This document shows positions 46,343 through 56,472 of a stretch of 64,000 nucleotides of DNA, in pieces; the first letter of the stretch is position 1; each line of letters opens with the position of its first letter. The notes below the pieces were generated by a model. That model made no database searches and was not told the DNA's origin. It worked only from the letters and a program-made list of their open reading frames with translations. The DNA is from Patescibacteria group bacterium. Its GTDB lineage: Bacteria; Patescibacteriota; Minisyncoccia; Phycocordibacterales; Phycocordibacteraceae. The stretch lies in the NCBI GenBank assembly GCA_040388985.1, contig JAZKAU010000002.1:183642-247641 (forward strand), read 5' to 3'. Position numbers and translations under genes: made by a program.

Positions 46343-46510
46343 CGGTTGTTTCTCTCAGAATACCATGATAACGGCCAAACTACAACGTTTTCGGAAGATG
46401 TCGGCATCAAGGTACTATAGTAGTAGCCAGGCATTCAAGAAGGGGGATTGAATGGGTACTGTACCCACCTGCGCCCTTCCTTCATGAAGGGAATGGTATA
46501 TAGTGAATGA

Positions 46511-46532
46511 ACTTAAGTTAAGTGACTTAAGT
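46511..46532. promoter_or_regulatory. candidate MarR operator
   Basis: Two palindromic ACTTAAGT copies just downstream of TATAGT (46499-46504), upstream of the MarR gene. Confidence 0.5.
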
Positions 46533-46573
46533 ATTAATAACCAGCTGATAGACTCCCGGAACACGCATATCCT

Positions 46574-47038
46574 ATGAGCATCATTACCCGACTGGGCGCC
46601 GCCGCACGTAATCGCACGACGTATCGCGTCGGCCTCCTTCAGGCACGCGCGTTTCGCGTTCTCAAGGCGCGCACCGACGAAGTTCTCGCTCCGATGGGTA
46701 TCACCTCGGCGCATTGGGCATTGCTGGGACTCCTGTTCGAGAAAGACAGCATGCGCATGACCGAGGTTGCTCTGGAGCTCGGTGTGGAAGCGCCTTTCGT
46801 GACGACGCTCATTAGCAGTCTTTCGAAGCTCAAGCTTGTCGACACTGAGCCTGACCCGGCAGACAGCCGGGCGAAACGCGTCTTCCTGACTGAGACGGGC
46901 AAGGCGTTCGTACCGAAGACCGAAGCGCATGTCCGTACGGCTATGCGCGGGCTCGTTGCCGGGACAACGGTAGGGGATCTTGCGTCGTACCTGGGAGTGC
47001 TTGAAGCTATCATCGCCAATAGCGAAGAACGTGCCTAA
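46574..47038 (+). CDS. MarR family regulator
   Basis: GITSAHWALL, EVALELGV, DPADSRAKRVFLTETG. Confidence 0.9.
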   Translation: MSIITRLGAAARNRTTYRVGLLQARAFRVLKARTDEVLAPMGITSAHWALLGLLFEKDSMRMTEVALELGVEAPFVTTLISSLSKLKLVDTEPDPADSRAKRVFLTETGKAFVPKTEAHVRTAMRGLVAGTTVGDLASYLGVLEAIIANSEERA

Positions 47039-47052
47039 TATTCTGAATCACT

Positions 47053-47640
47053 ATGAGCAAAGGAATGATGATCGGTGCGGTGGTGGTAATCCTACTCGTG
47101 CTCGGCGCGCTGTATGTCCACTCTATGAAGAAGGATGCAATGATGGGTGATACTACTAACACTACCTCCATGAATGAGAACACTACAGGCGGCGTGATGG
47201 TCGGAGGAGCGCTTATGACTCCTGACCGCGATATCGTCGCGAACGCCATGAACGCGAGCAACGTTACCACGGTCGTCGCGGCCGTAAAGGCTGCCGGTCT
47301 CGTCGAGACGCTCCAGGGAGCAGGGCCGTTCACGGTCTTCGCGCCGGATAATGCGGCGTTCGAGAAGTTGCCGGCAGGAACCGTCGACATGCTGCTCAAG
47401 CCTGAGAACAAGGCGAAGCTCGTCGATATCCTCACGTACCATGTGGTCGCTGGGCGATATACGGCTGCCGACCTCAAGGACGGCATGATGCTCACAACGG
47501 TCGAAGGTAAGATGATAAAGATCGGCAAGTCCGCTAACGGCACGATCACGATAAACGGATCGGCCATGGTCGAGACGCCTGACGTGATCTCGAGCAATGG
47601 CGTGACCTTCGTCATCGACTCGGTGCTGATGCCTCAGTAG
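47053..47640 (+). CDS. fasciclin (FAS1) domain protein
   Basis: AVKAAGLVETLQGAGPFTVFAPDNAAFEKLP, ILTYHVV, SNGV..IDSVLMP. Confidence 0.93.
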   Translation: MSKGMMIGAVVVILLVLGALYVHSMKKDAMMGDTTNTTSMNENTTGGVMVGGALMTPDRDIVANAMNASNVTTVVAAVKAAGLVETLQGAGPFTVFAPDNAAFEKLPAGTVDMLLKPENKAKLVDILTYHVVAGRYTAADLKDGMMLTTVEGKMIKIGKSANGTITINGSAMVETPDVISSNGVTFVIDSVLMPQ

Positions 47641-47713
47641 TTTCTTTTGCGCGAAGAGGATATCGTTCCTCTTCGCAGCAAAGGATGTTACTCATCTCAT
47701 CCTTATATCTCTC

Positions 47714-48424
47714 ATGAACATCATTTTCCTCGCCACTGCCTTCGCCGCAGGACTCGTAAGCTTCCTCGCGCCGTGCGTGCTGCCTATCATCCCGGGTTTC
47801 CTCGCGTATCTGGCGGGATCGCCGTCGCCTGATTCTTTGACTAAGCGTCGTGACATATTCGTGAACAGCGTCTTCTTCGTGCTCGGCTTCTCGGTCGTGT
47901 TCGCATTGCTCGGCATTCTGCTCCAGACCGTGCTCGCGAGCGTGGGTACGGAAGTGCAGAGCTGGCTCTCGCGGCTCGGCGGCCTCGTCATCATCTTCTT
48001 CGGCATCTACCTGCTCGGGCTCATCAAGGTCGGCTATCTCGAACGGGATCACAAGGTATTGGTGCGCAAGAAGTTCTCCTCGCGCTATCTGACATCCTTC
48101 GTCTTCGGCACGGCATTCGCTGTCGGCTGGACGCCGTGTGCCGGCGCAGTGCTCGGGAGCATCCTCGGGCTCGCCGCGTCAGCACCCGTGTCCGCATTCT
48201 TCCTCCTGCTCTCGTACGCGCTCGGTCTCGGCGTACCGTTCCTGCTTGTCGGGCTCTTCACGGCACAGGCGACGGCCGCCATAGAGCGGTTCGGCGCGAA
48301 ATTCAGCTACGTGAACAAAGTGTTCGGTGCCATACTGATAGTGCTCGGCGTGCTCGTCTTCACGGAGAGCCTGTCTCTGGTGGCGAACTTCGATTTCGTT
48401 AATACCCTCATCCTCTCCCGCTAG
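47714..48424 (+). CDS. ccdA: CcdA/DsbD-type thiol-disulfide transporter
   Basis: AGLVSFLAPCVLPIIPG, GWTPCAG, YALGLGVPF. Confidence 0.9.
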   Translation: MNIIFLATAFAAGLVSFLAPCVLPIIPGFLAYLAGSPSPDSLTKRRDIFVNSVFFVLGFSVVFALLGILLQTVLASVGTEVQSWLSRLGGLVIIFFGIYLLGLIKVGYLERDHKVLVRKKFSSRYLTSFVFGTAFAVGWTPCAGAVLGSILGLAASAPVSAFFLLLSYALGLGVPFLLVGLFTAQATAAIERFGAKFSYVNKVFGAILIVLGVLVFTESLSLVANFDFVNTLILSR

Positions 48425-48427
48425 CGT

Positions 48428-49543
48428 ATGGAAACCAAGAACATCATCTCGCTCATCCTGGTCATCGCGCTCGTCGTAGGCGCTATAGCCTACCTCGAAC
48501 ATGCAAAGCCCAAGCATGCCGCATCGTCCGCAAACGCCGCCTTCGTGACGCACGATCCGTCGGTACAGACGAAGGACTACGCGCAGAAGTCCCTGGAGTA
48601 CCACCTCGCCAAAGAGCTCGTACATCCGGATGGCTACCTGAACACGCCGGCCTCGACGACCATACAGTCGTTCATAGGCAAGAAGGTCATCCTCGTGGAT
48701 TTCTGGACCTATAGCTGCATAAACTGCCAACGCACCCTGCCGTATCTCACGAGCTGGTACGGGAAATATAAGGATGCCGGCCTCGTCATCATCGGCGTGC
48801 ATACGCCCGAGTTCGACTTCGAGAAGAACAAGGATAACGTCGCGATGGCGCTGAAGAAATACGGAATCGACTACCCGGTCGTGCTCGATAACGAATACGC
48901 GACCTGGGATGCCTACGGGAATCAGTATTGGCCGGAACACTATCTCATAGATATAAACGGCCTTGTCGTCGACCGTCATATCGGAGAGGGAGGATATGAC
49001 GATACGGAGAAGCTCATCCAGCAGCTCCTTGCCGAGCGTAAGCAGGTGCTCGGCGAGACGGGCGAGGTTCCCACAGGACTCGTCGCTCCAGGCGAAGCCA
49101 TCGCCGCCGGAAGTCCTGAGACCTACTTCGGCTGGTCACGCAACGAGTTCCTCGGGAACGGAAAGCAGAACACAGCAGGCGAGCAGACACTTACGCGTCC
49201 TGCGCTCGTAGCGCCCAACACGCTCTTCCTTACGGGTACGTGGAACTTCGCGAAAGAGTCAGCGACTACTGTCTCTGCAGATGCTGGGGTTATCTACTCC
49301 TATGACGCCAAGCACGTGTATCTCGTCGCGAGCTCAGAGAAAGGCGCGGTGGTGACCGTCATGCGCGACGGCGTACCGATAGGAGCTAGCGAGCGCGGAG
49401 AAGACGTAGACGCCCAGGGGCAGGTACACATACAGGAGCCCCGCCTCTATAAGCTCATCAACGAGAAGGAGGAAGGTGCGCATACTATAGAACTACGGGT
49501 CCAGACTCCCGGACTTGAAGCCTTCACATTCACGTTCGGATGA
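48428..49543 (+). CDS. DipZ-like thioredoxin/redoxin domain protein
   Basis: LVDFWTYSCINCQRTLP, GVHTPEF, NQYWP, HIGEG, SPETYFG, FTFG C-terminus. Confidence 0.9.
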   Translation: METKNIISLILVIALVVGAIAYLEHAKPKHAASSANAAFVTHDPSVQTKDYAQKSLEYHLAKELVHPDGYLNTPASTTIQSFIGKKVILVDFWTYSCINCQRTLPYLTSWYGKYKDAGLVIIGVHTPEFDFEKNKDNVAMALKKYGIDYPVVLDNEYATWDAYGNQYWPEHYLIDINGLVVDRHIGEGGYDDTEKLIQQLLAERKQVLGETGEVPTGLVAPGEAIAAGSPETYFGWSRNEFLGNGKQNTAGEQTLTRPALVAPNTLFLTGTWNFAKESATTVSADAGVIYSYDAKHVYLVASSEKGAVVTVMRDGVPIGASERGEDVDAQGQVHIQEPRLYKLINEKEEGAHTIELRVQTPGLEAFTFTFG

Positions 49544-49604
49544 TCGTATCGACGCCGAGCCACCTGGCATACGTTCAAGATACTCCCTAGGATATACTGA
49601 ATAT

Positions 49605-50147
49605 ATGAAGGCAATCCTTATTCCGGGGAACGGCGGCGGGACGCCGCAGGATAACTGGTTTCCGTATCTGGAGCGCGAGCTTCCGAAGCTTGGTATCGCT
49701 GTTATCAATACTCAGTTCCCTGATCCTGAACTAGCCCGGAAGGAATTCTGGCTCCCATTCATCGCAGGACTCGGCGCAGACGAGGAAACGATACTCATCG
49801 GTCACTCAACCGGAGCCGTTGCCGCGCTTCGGTATGCACAAGAACATAAGATTCTGGGTTCTGTCCTGGTAGGTGCCTCTTATACCGATCTCGGGTACGA
49901 GTCAGAGAGAGAAGGCCAGTACTTTGACGATCCGTGGGATTGGCAGACCATACAGAATAACCAAAGGTGGATCATCGAGTTCGCTTCCACGGATGATCCG
50001 TTCATTCCGATAGAAGAATCACGATTCATTCATGAAAGTCTCGCTACTTACTATCACGAATACACGGAGAAGGGGCACTTCGGACACGGCGATACTCCCT
50101 TGCTTGAGTTTCCGGAATTGGTAGAGGCAATAGCCGGAAAGCTGTAG
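49605..50147 (+). CDS. RBBP9/YdeN-type alpha/beta hydrolase
   Basis: NWFPYL, IGHSTGA, STDDPFIP, GHF. Confidence 0.88.
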   Translation: MKAILIPGNGGGTPQDNWFPYLERELPKLGIAVINTQFPDPELARKEFWLPFIAGLGADEETILIGHSTGAVAALRYAQEHKILGSVLVGASYTDLGYESEREGQYFDDPWDWQTIQNNQRWIIEFASTDDPFIPIEESRFIHESLATYYHEYTEKGHFGHGDTPLLEFPELVEAIAGKL

Positions 50148-50151
50148 AGCG

Positions 50152-50739
50152 ATGAAGCCGATCCTCTTCATTGATTTTGACGGGACGCTCTGCCATGACC
50201 GCTTCTGGCGTAGTCTTCCGAAAGAGGAGTACGAGAAGACTCGGGAACTGCTCTTCTCGGACGACAAGACGTATGTGAGGGAATGGATGAAAGGGAAACA
50301 TACGGCAGAAGAAGTAAATGAGAAGCTTGCCGAGCATCTCGGTATCCCGTTTGAAGTGCTATGGAACGTATTCGTGCAGGATGCCAAGACTATGCGTGTC
50401 TCTAAAGAGGTGCTCGAAGCCATAGGACGCCTTCGGAGCAGGTACACGACCGTTCTGCTTACTGTGAACATGGACAGCTTCTCGAGATTCACCGTTCCTG
50501 CGCTCGGCCTGGACGGCTACTTCGACGCGATCAGCAATTCTTACTATGAAGGGAAATTCAAGGTCGATAACGGCGGCGAGATATTCAGAGAATATCTCGA
50601 TAGGTTTTCCGCTCCTCTGGCGACCAGCGTCCTCATAGACGACTCGCTCGATGCTTGCGAGACCTTCAGATCGCTCGGTGGTATCGCGCATCCGGTAACT
50701 CCTGAAAAGGATCTCGCGTACTACGTTCAGAAGCTCTAA
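50152..50739 (+). CDS. HAD-superfamily hydrolase
   Basis: FIDFDGTL, K in GKFK, VLIDDS. Confidence 0.85.
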   Translation: MKPILFIDFDGTLCHDRFWRSLPKEEYEKTRELLFSDDKTYVREWMKGKHTAEEVNEKLAEHLGIPFEVLWNVFVQDAKTMRVSKEVLEAIGRLRSRYTTVLLTVNMDSFSRFTVPALGLDGYFDAISNSYYEGKFKVDNGGEIFREYLDRFSAPLATSVLIDDSLDACETFRSLGGIAHPVTPEKDLAYYVQKL

Positions 50740-50744
50740 GGTAT

Positions 50745-51179
50745 ATGAAAGTCAGGTTCCGAAAGGGCTATATCTTGCTTATAACCCCGAGCCTTGTCCG
50801 TTTCCTAGGTACTCTCACCACAGGTGAGAGCTATGCAAAAGGATTCGCTCTCTTCCCGTTCATCGGTGTTACGAAAGAGGAATTCATGCAGCCATGGCTC
50901 ATCAATCACGAGCTGATTCACTTCCGGCAATCTCTCGAATTACTTTTCGTGGGCCACATGCTCCTTTCGTTCGTGGAGAGAATTTACGCTCGCTTCGTTC
51001 TCAAGATGAACAAGATGGAGCGGTATCTGTATGCGGCTGCTGAGCAAGAAGCGTATCGGAATCAGCATGACCCGGAGTATCTCAAGAATCGGAAACCTTG
51101 GTCAGTCTTTTGGTATGTGAGGAACAAGAGGGAATTCACTTTTGGAGAGAAGTTGGGAGATATCGTATATCTGGATTAA
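50745..51179 (+). CDS. hypothetical protein with HExxH motif
   Basis: GFALFPFI, INHELIHFRQ, EQEAY. Confidence 0.75.
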   Translation: MKVRFRKGYILLITPSLVRFLGTLTTGESYAKGFALFPFIGVTKEEFMQPWLINHELIHFRQSLELLFVGHMLLSFVERIYARFVLKMNKMERYLYAAAEQEAYRNQHDPEYLKNRKPWSVFWYVRNKREFTFGEKLGDIVYLD

Positions 51180-51215
51180 GTCTTGGCAGGGAAGGGTCTT
51201 GGTGGGTCGAATCTA

Positions 51216-51265
51216 TTGACCTTAACCACCTCTTCATATAAGATTAGGTAATCTAACTATTAGAT
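51216..51265 (+). promoter_or_regulatory. promoter and overlapping MarR operator candidates
   Basis: TTGACC-17 nt-TAAGAT; inverted repeats AGATTA-gg-TAATCT and ATCTAA-cta-TTAGAT. Confidence 0.6.
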
Positions 51266-51271
51266 ACTGAA

Positions 51272-51691
51272 ATGAAAGACACGACCAAGAATAGCCTGTC
51301 CGAGCTGCTACTCGCGCTTCGCAGGAAGATAAACGAGAGCGTGAAGGAGAAAGGCCTTAAGGACGAGCTTACGGTGTCGCAATTCGAAGTGCTCTGGTTC
51401 ATCGGCCCTGCGGGCCGCAAGAGCATGGAGAGTATCGCCACCTATCTCAACATCAAGCCGCCGTCCGTGACCGTGCTCATCGATAAGCTCGAGAAGGCAG
51501 GACTGGTCACGCGCGAGAAGGACGGTGAGGATCGCCGCATAATCCACATCGTGCTTACCGAGAAGACGAAGCAGCAGCTTGTCGCCTTCAAGGAAAAGAA
51601 GGAAGCGGTCTTCAACGAACTTCTCTCCCGGCTTTCTTCCAAGGACGCCCAAGAGCTTGAGCGCATCCTTCTGCTCTTAATAGCCCCGTAG
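51272..51691 (+). CDS. MarR family regulator
   Basis: LTVSQFEVL, IATYLNIKPPSVTVLIDKLEKAGLV, DRR..LT. Confidence 0.92.
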   Translation: MKDTTKNSLSELLLALRRKINESVKEKGLKDELTVSQFEVLWFIGPAGRKSMESIATYLNIKPPSVTVLIDKLEKAGLVTREKDGEDRRIIHIVLTEKTKQQLVAFKEKKEAVFNELLSRLSSKDAQELERILLLLIAP

Positions 51692-51709
51692 TCATCCACC
51701 CAGATACAC

Positions 51710-52990
51710 ATGAAACACGCCGTATTTACATTCTTGAATAAGCCTGCGCTCGTCGCCGGACTCTCGCTCGTCGTCGCGGTTGCCATAGGTGCAGCGGTTG
51801 CCGTAGCTGGTAATGCTTCGCGCACGCCGCAGTTCGTCCTTGCTGCTCCTGGCTCTATCTCGGTGGGCGGACAGAACACTTCAACCTCTTCCGTGCAGAG
51901 CCTGACGCTCGGCTTCCTCGCTGGCGGACGGATACAGGACGTGTCGGTGAAGGCAGGGGATGCGGTCAAGAAGGATCAGGTTCTCGCTACGCTCGACCCT
52001 GAGAACACGGCGGGAGCCATCACGCAGGCTCGTGCAGCGTATGCACTTGCTACTGCTGCGTATCAGAAAGTGGTGAACGGCGCTACGGGCCCTGCCATCG
52101 ACGCCGCCAAAGCCACGGTGAACACGGCAGCGGTCAATCTTCAACAGGTAACCCGTCAGCAGGAGGTTGCGGTGGCAAATGCGTACACCAGCCTCCTTAA
52201 TGCGACGCCGCAGGCGCTCACGAATAATCCGGGAAACCTCGATGACGCGCCGCCTACCATCACGGGCAGCTATACGCTCGGCAAGGAGGGCGACATCATC
52301 GTCGAGACCTACGGCTCCGGAGCGGATTCAGGCGTATCCTTCCGCGTGTCGGGGTTGGTGACGGGCGGCGGCTCGGTCACTACGCTCACGCCTGAAGCCC
52401 TTGGTAATTCCGGCCTCTATATACAGTTTCCTGAAGGAGCTCGTGCTGGCCGTACGTGGATAATCTCCCTCCCGAACACCAAGGCTCCGGATTACATCAC
52501 TAAGTACAACGCGTATCAGGCCGCGCTGCAGGCGCACGACCAGGTCATAGCGAGCGCGAAGGCTGCTCTCGACCAGGCGCAGTCGAATCTGGGTGTCGTC
52601 GTGCAAGCTGCGCGTCCCGAGGATGTCGCAGCGGCGCAGGCGCAGGTACAGAGCGCGCAAGGCGCGCTCCAGATAGCGCAAGCCGCGTATGACGCGCGCG
52701 TCATACGCGCTCCCGGCGACGGAACCGTGACCGCAGTTCATATCACACCGGGACAGATAGCGGCTCCGAACGCGCCTGCTATCGATCTTTCCGGAACGTC
52801 ATTCGCTAAGAGCGTGGCGGTCATGGTGCCGAGCAGCGCGATAGTCGATCGCGATGGAAAGAAGTACGTGGAGGTTAAGACAGCCACCGGCGTAGAAGAG
52901 CGCGAGATCACGACCGGTATCAGTGACGCTACTGATACCGAAGTAGTAAGCGGCCTCTCCGCGGGCGAGTCGGTAGCTGTTTCGCAATAA
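51710..52990 (+). CDS. HlyD/membrane-fusion efflux adaptor
   Basis: GGRIQDVSVKAGDAVKKDQVLATLD lipoyl half, coiled coil, IRAPGDGTV, EVVSGL. Confidence 0.88.
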   Translation: MKHAVFTFLNKPALVAGLSLVVAVAIGAAVAVAGNASRTPQFVLAAPGSISVGGQNTSTSSVQSLTLGFLAGGRIQDVSVKAGDAVKKDQVLATLDPENTAGAITQARAAYALATAAYQKVVNGATGPAIDAAKATVNTAAVNLQQVTRQQEVAVANAYTSLLNATPQALTNNPGNLDDAPPTITGSYTLGKEGDIIVETYGSGADSGVSFRVSGLVTGGGSVTTLTPEALGNSGLYIQFPEGARAGRTWIISLPNTKAPDYITKYNAYQAALQAHDQVIASAKAALDQAQSNLGVVVQAARPEDVAAAQAQVQSAQGALQIAQAAYDARVIRAPGDGTVTAVHITPGQIAAPNAPAIDLSGTSFAKSVAVMVPSSAIVDRDGKKYVEVKTATGVEEREITTGISDATDTEVVSGLSAGESVAVSQ

Positions 52991-53010
52991 GGCTTGAATA
53001 ATCTCTATCT

Positions 53011-53652
53011 ATGAATACTGAACAAAAGGAAAAGACGGGCGTATTCAAGAAGCCGTGGGTGCAGAGCCTCATCGCTGTGGTCGTCATATTCGGCGCGCTC
53101 GGCGGCTTCCTCTACTGGCAGTCAGCAGCGAACACCATTGCCATAGACGACTCGTATCTCGATGCGCCTATCGCGAACATCGCGCCGTCTGCTCCGGGTG
53201 CTCTGAACCAACTCTTCGTGAAGGAAGGCGACCGCATAGCTGCGAGCTCGCCGGTGGCGGTTGTTGGTTCCGAGACGCTCTACGCGAAGGAGGGCGGCAT
53301 CATCGCCTCCGCACCGAACGTCGTCGGTTCGTATTTCGCCCCTGGCCAGACGGTGGTCTCGGTCATCGCGGACCAGAAGATGCGCGTCATCGGTTCCATC
53401 GACGAGACGAAAGGCCTGAGCCGGATCGCGCCCGGACAGAAGGTGACATTCACGGTCGACGCCTTCTCCGGAAAGACCTATCAAGGAGTGGTCGACGAAG
53501 TGAGCCCTGCCTCAAGCGACACCGGCATCGCCTTCTCTATATCCGACAAGCGGCCGGTGAAGAAGTTCGATGTGTATATGCGCTTCGACGCGTCAGCATA
53601 TCCAGAACTTAAATCCGGTATGTCCGCGAAGGCGCGCATCCACCTCAAATAA
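53011..53652 (+). CDS. EmrA-like adaptor (short)
   Basis: N-terminal TM, VKEGDRI, IDET..IAPGQKV..VDAF, LKSGMSA. Confidence 0.85.
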   Translation: MNTEQKEKTGVFKKPWVQSLIAVVVIFGALGGFLYWQSAANTIAIDDSYLDAPIANIAPSAPGALNQLFVKEGDRIAASSPVAVVGSETLYAKEGGIIASAPNVVGSYFAPGQTVVSVIADQKMRVIGSIDETKGLSRIAPGQKVTFTVDAFSGKTYQGVVDEVSPASSDTGIAFSISDKRPVKKFDVYMRFDASAYPELKSGMSAKARIHLK

Positions 53653-53655
53653 TCC

Positions 53656-55170
53656 ATGGCAGTCGGGGACACGAACGCTCCGTCAGGACACTCGCCGTGG
53701 ATGGTACTGGCTACCGTGATGGTGGGGACGCTCCTCATCGGGCTCGACCGTACCGTCGTGAACCTCGGCCTTCCGGGGATGATAAGCGACTTCCACATTA
53801 CGGTGTCGAATGCCGGATGGATAGCTACGGGCTACATCATCTCGAATGCCGTCTTCGTACCGGTCTTCGGAAAGCTCGGCGACAAGGTCGGGAATCGTAA
53901 TATCTACTTCTGGGCCTTCATCGGCTTCATTGTCTCGTCGGTGGCTGCAGGAGCTGCATGGAACCTTCCGTCGATGGTCGTCTTCCGCGTCTTGCAGGGA
54001 CTGGTCGGTGCTGCGATCTACCCGACCGCGATGGCGCTCATCGCCCGCACCTTCACGGACCCGAACGCCCGTACGCAGGCACTCGGCATATGGTCGGCCT
54101 CGTTCGCTGTCTCGGCCGTTCTGGGTCCGCTCATCGGCGGTCCGCTTATCGATAATTTCTCGTGGCGCTGGCTCTTTTATATAAATCTTCCGGTGGGCAT
54201 CCTCGGCATCTTTATGACGCTTGCGTATCTTCCGCATGATAAGCCCGCAGATACCGTCCCCGGCTTCGATTATAAGGGCGCGGTCGCCCTCGGCGTCGCG
54301 CTCTCCGCGCTCGTCCTCGTCCTTGATCGGGGAAGCGAGTGGGGATGGATGTCGCTCGCCAGTATGCTCGCCTATGCGGTGGTAGTCGTCTTCAGCATCA
54401 TCTTCTACTTCATTGAGAAATACGAGAAAGATCCCGTCGTCGACCTCAAGCTCTTCACTAATCCCATATTCTCGAACATCCTCATCCTCTCCTTCCTGTC
54501 GTTTGGCGGCATGATGGGAGCGATGTTCCTGCTGCCGGTCTTCGCGCAGACATACCTAGGCTTCAACGCGACCCAGACCGGCCTTCTCTTCGTGCCGATG
54601 GCGCTTACCATGCTCATCTCTGCTCCGCTCGGCGGCCGCTTGTCGCGTGTGATACGCCTGCGCTACTTGGTCGCCTTCGGCATGGGGCTTGCAGCCTTCG
54701 GCATCTATCTCTTCTCCGGGCTCGACGTGAAGACCAATGAGCTTGATCTCATGCTGCCGCTTGTTGTCTTCGCTGCGGGGCTGGGCCTTGGCCTTGCGCC
54801 TATGACGGCCGCCGCGACCAATGCGGTCGCGGCGAACGAAGTGGGCGTCTCGTCCGCCGTCCTTAATCTCGTACGCAATATCGCAGGCGCCGTAGGTATC
54901 GCCTTCTTCGGCACTATACTCACCAGCATCATCGGCTCGAACGTCATACGCATCGGGCAGGATGCGATCATTCACACTACTAACCCGCAGATGCTGCAGA
55001 CCATCAGCACGCTCATCATCCTCAAGGCGCAAGTAGACGCCTACGCGGAGGTCTTCCTTATCGCCTCAGGCATCATGGCGCTCGGCGTCATCGCCTCGCT
55101 CTTCCTGAACGAGCCGACGCCTCGGACCGTTCCTCCAGGCGACTCCGCAGCGTCACTGGCAATCCATTAA
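53656..55170 (+). CDS. DHA2 (EmrB/QacA) MFS efflux transporter
   Basis: LDRTVVN, GKLGDKVG, RVLQG, GPLIGG, WRWLFYINLPVG; about 14 TM. Confidence 0.93.
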   Translation: MAVGDTNAPSGHSPWMVLATVMVGTLLIGLDRTVVNLGLPGMISDFHITVSNAGWIATGYIISNAVFVPVFGKLGDKVGNRNIYFWAFIGFIVSSVAAGAAWNLPSMVVFRVLQGLVGAAIYPTAMALIARTFTDPNARTQALGIWSASFAVSAVLGPLIGGPLIDNFSWRWLFYINLPVGILGIFMTLAYLPHDKPADTVPGFDYKGAVALGVALSALVLVLDRGSEWGWMSLASMLAYAVVVVFSIIFYFIEKYEKDPVVDLKLFTNPIFSNILILSFLSFGGMMGAMFLLPVFAQTYLGFNATQTGLLFVPMALTMLISAPLGGRLSRVIRLRYLVAFGMGLAAFGIYLFSGLDVKTNELDLMLPLVVFAAGLGLGLAPMTAAATNAVAANEVGVSSAVLNLVRNIAGAVGIAFFGTILTSIIGSNVIRIGQDAIIHTTNPQMLQTISTLIILKAQVDAYAEVFLIASGIMALGVIASLFLNEPTPRTVPPGDSAASLAIH

Positions 55171-55198
55171 TTATGACGGAGTGTTCTACTGATCTTAC

Positions 55199-56320
55199 CT
55201 AGAATAAAGGAATCAAATTCCCGTCTTTGACCACCTCGATCTTCACGGGCGTGGTGTCGATCGCATGGTCCTTATTGAAGGAGACGGTGCCGCTCGGCGT
55301 CTCGAATGAATGCGTGGCGAGGTAGGGAGCTACGTCAGCTAGATTCTTGGTGGCAGCTATAGCGTGCGCCATCACGTAGATGCTTTCATAGCTCTTCTCC
55401 GCCGTGTGGGTCGCAAGAACTCCATAGCGCTTCTGGTAGAGCTGCTGGAAACGGGCAGAGCTTGATTCCCAGTCGAGTACGACCACTCCCTCAAGAAGGG
55501 TCTTGTCCGCGGTCGGCGCTCCGAACGAGTCGATGATACCGTAGTAGCTTATGACGGTCGGATGGTAATCGAGATTTCGCGCCTGGGTCAGGAAGGTCAC
55601 CGGATCGATGTCGACCATATCGAGGAATACGGCATCGACGCCTTCCTGCTTGAGCTTGATGATGGTAGTCCGGAAATCATTATTACCGATCGACGTGTAG
55701 GCGTCGTCGACGATAGGACCGCGATCAAGCTCCGTCATCGTGGCTCCGAGCGTCGTCGCGATCTGCGTCCCGAATGTTGACTTGAAGTGGACGACAGCTA
55801 GTTTCTGTATAGGACTTTGCGCGAGGTATGGCTTCAGACCCACGATGACTTTGCTGAAATCAGGCATGAGCACGAAACTATTTCCCGAAGGTTCGAGGCC
55901 GCCCGGTATGCGCAGGTTTGCGGGAGATATGAAGGCGACATGCTCCGAGTCAGCGACCGGGAAGAGGGGAATGGTGGCGAAGTCGAAGTTTCCGCCGACG
56001 ATGCCCGCGATTCCGTCAGCATCCACGAGCTTCCTGAAGGCCGAGATGCCAGTCGCCGGAGTGGTAGCATCGTCTTCTACCGTAAGCGATACAGGACGGC
56101 CGTCGATACCGCCGTTCGCATTTATCTCGTCTATGGCTATCTGCATCGCGTTACGTGCGGGTTCACCGTAGCTCGCGGCGATGCCTGTAAGGGAGAGGAC
56201 TGCGCCTATCTTGATAGGATTCTCGCTTGAGACGGCCTTGGTCCCGCTTCCGTGATGAATGAGCCATGCGCCTGCTGCGATGACGAGTATGAGACCCAAG
56301 ATCCCGAGTGCTTTTTTCAT
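55199..56320 (-). CDS. LivJ/LivK-like (PBP1) substrate-binding protein
   Basis: IKIGAVLSLTG..YG, AIDEINANGGIDGR..VEDD, DFRTTIIKLK. Confidence 0.88.
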   Translation of the reverse strand: MKKALGILGLILVIAAGAWLIHHGSGTKAVSSENPIKIGAVLSLTGIAASYGEPARNAMQIAIDEINANGGIDGRPVSLTVEDDATTPATGISAFRKLVDADGIAGIVGGNFDFATIPLFPVADSEHVAFISPANLRIPGGLEPSGNSFVLMPDFSKVIVGLKPYLAQSPIQKLAVVHFKSTFGTQIATTLGATMTELDRGPIVDDAYTSIGNNDFRTTIIKLKQEGVDAVFLDMVDIDPVTFLTQARNLDYHPTVISYYGIIDSFGAPTADKTLLEGVVVLDWESSSARFQQLYQKRYGVLATHTAEKSYESIYVMAHAIAATKNLADVAPYLATHSFETPSGTVSFNKDHAIDTTPVKIEVVKDGNLIPLF

Positions 56321-56450
56321 GTAGTAAGAATCAGATGCGGCTAATGACCAGCAGTATGCGACGCATAATCAAAACGTCAACGAATAGTCATGATTCTATT
56401 TCCAATGAATGACGACCAAATAGCTTGATATATAAGAATAAGGAAGTATA

Positions 56451-56472
56451 TTAGTCATATATATATGACTAA
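56451..56472. promoter_or_regulatory. 22-bp perfect palindrome overlapping the regulator start codon (operator candidate)
   Basis: TTAGTCATATATATATGACTAA. Confidence 0.65.
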
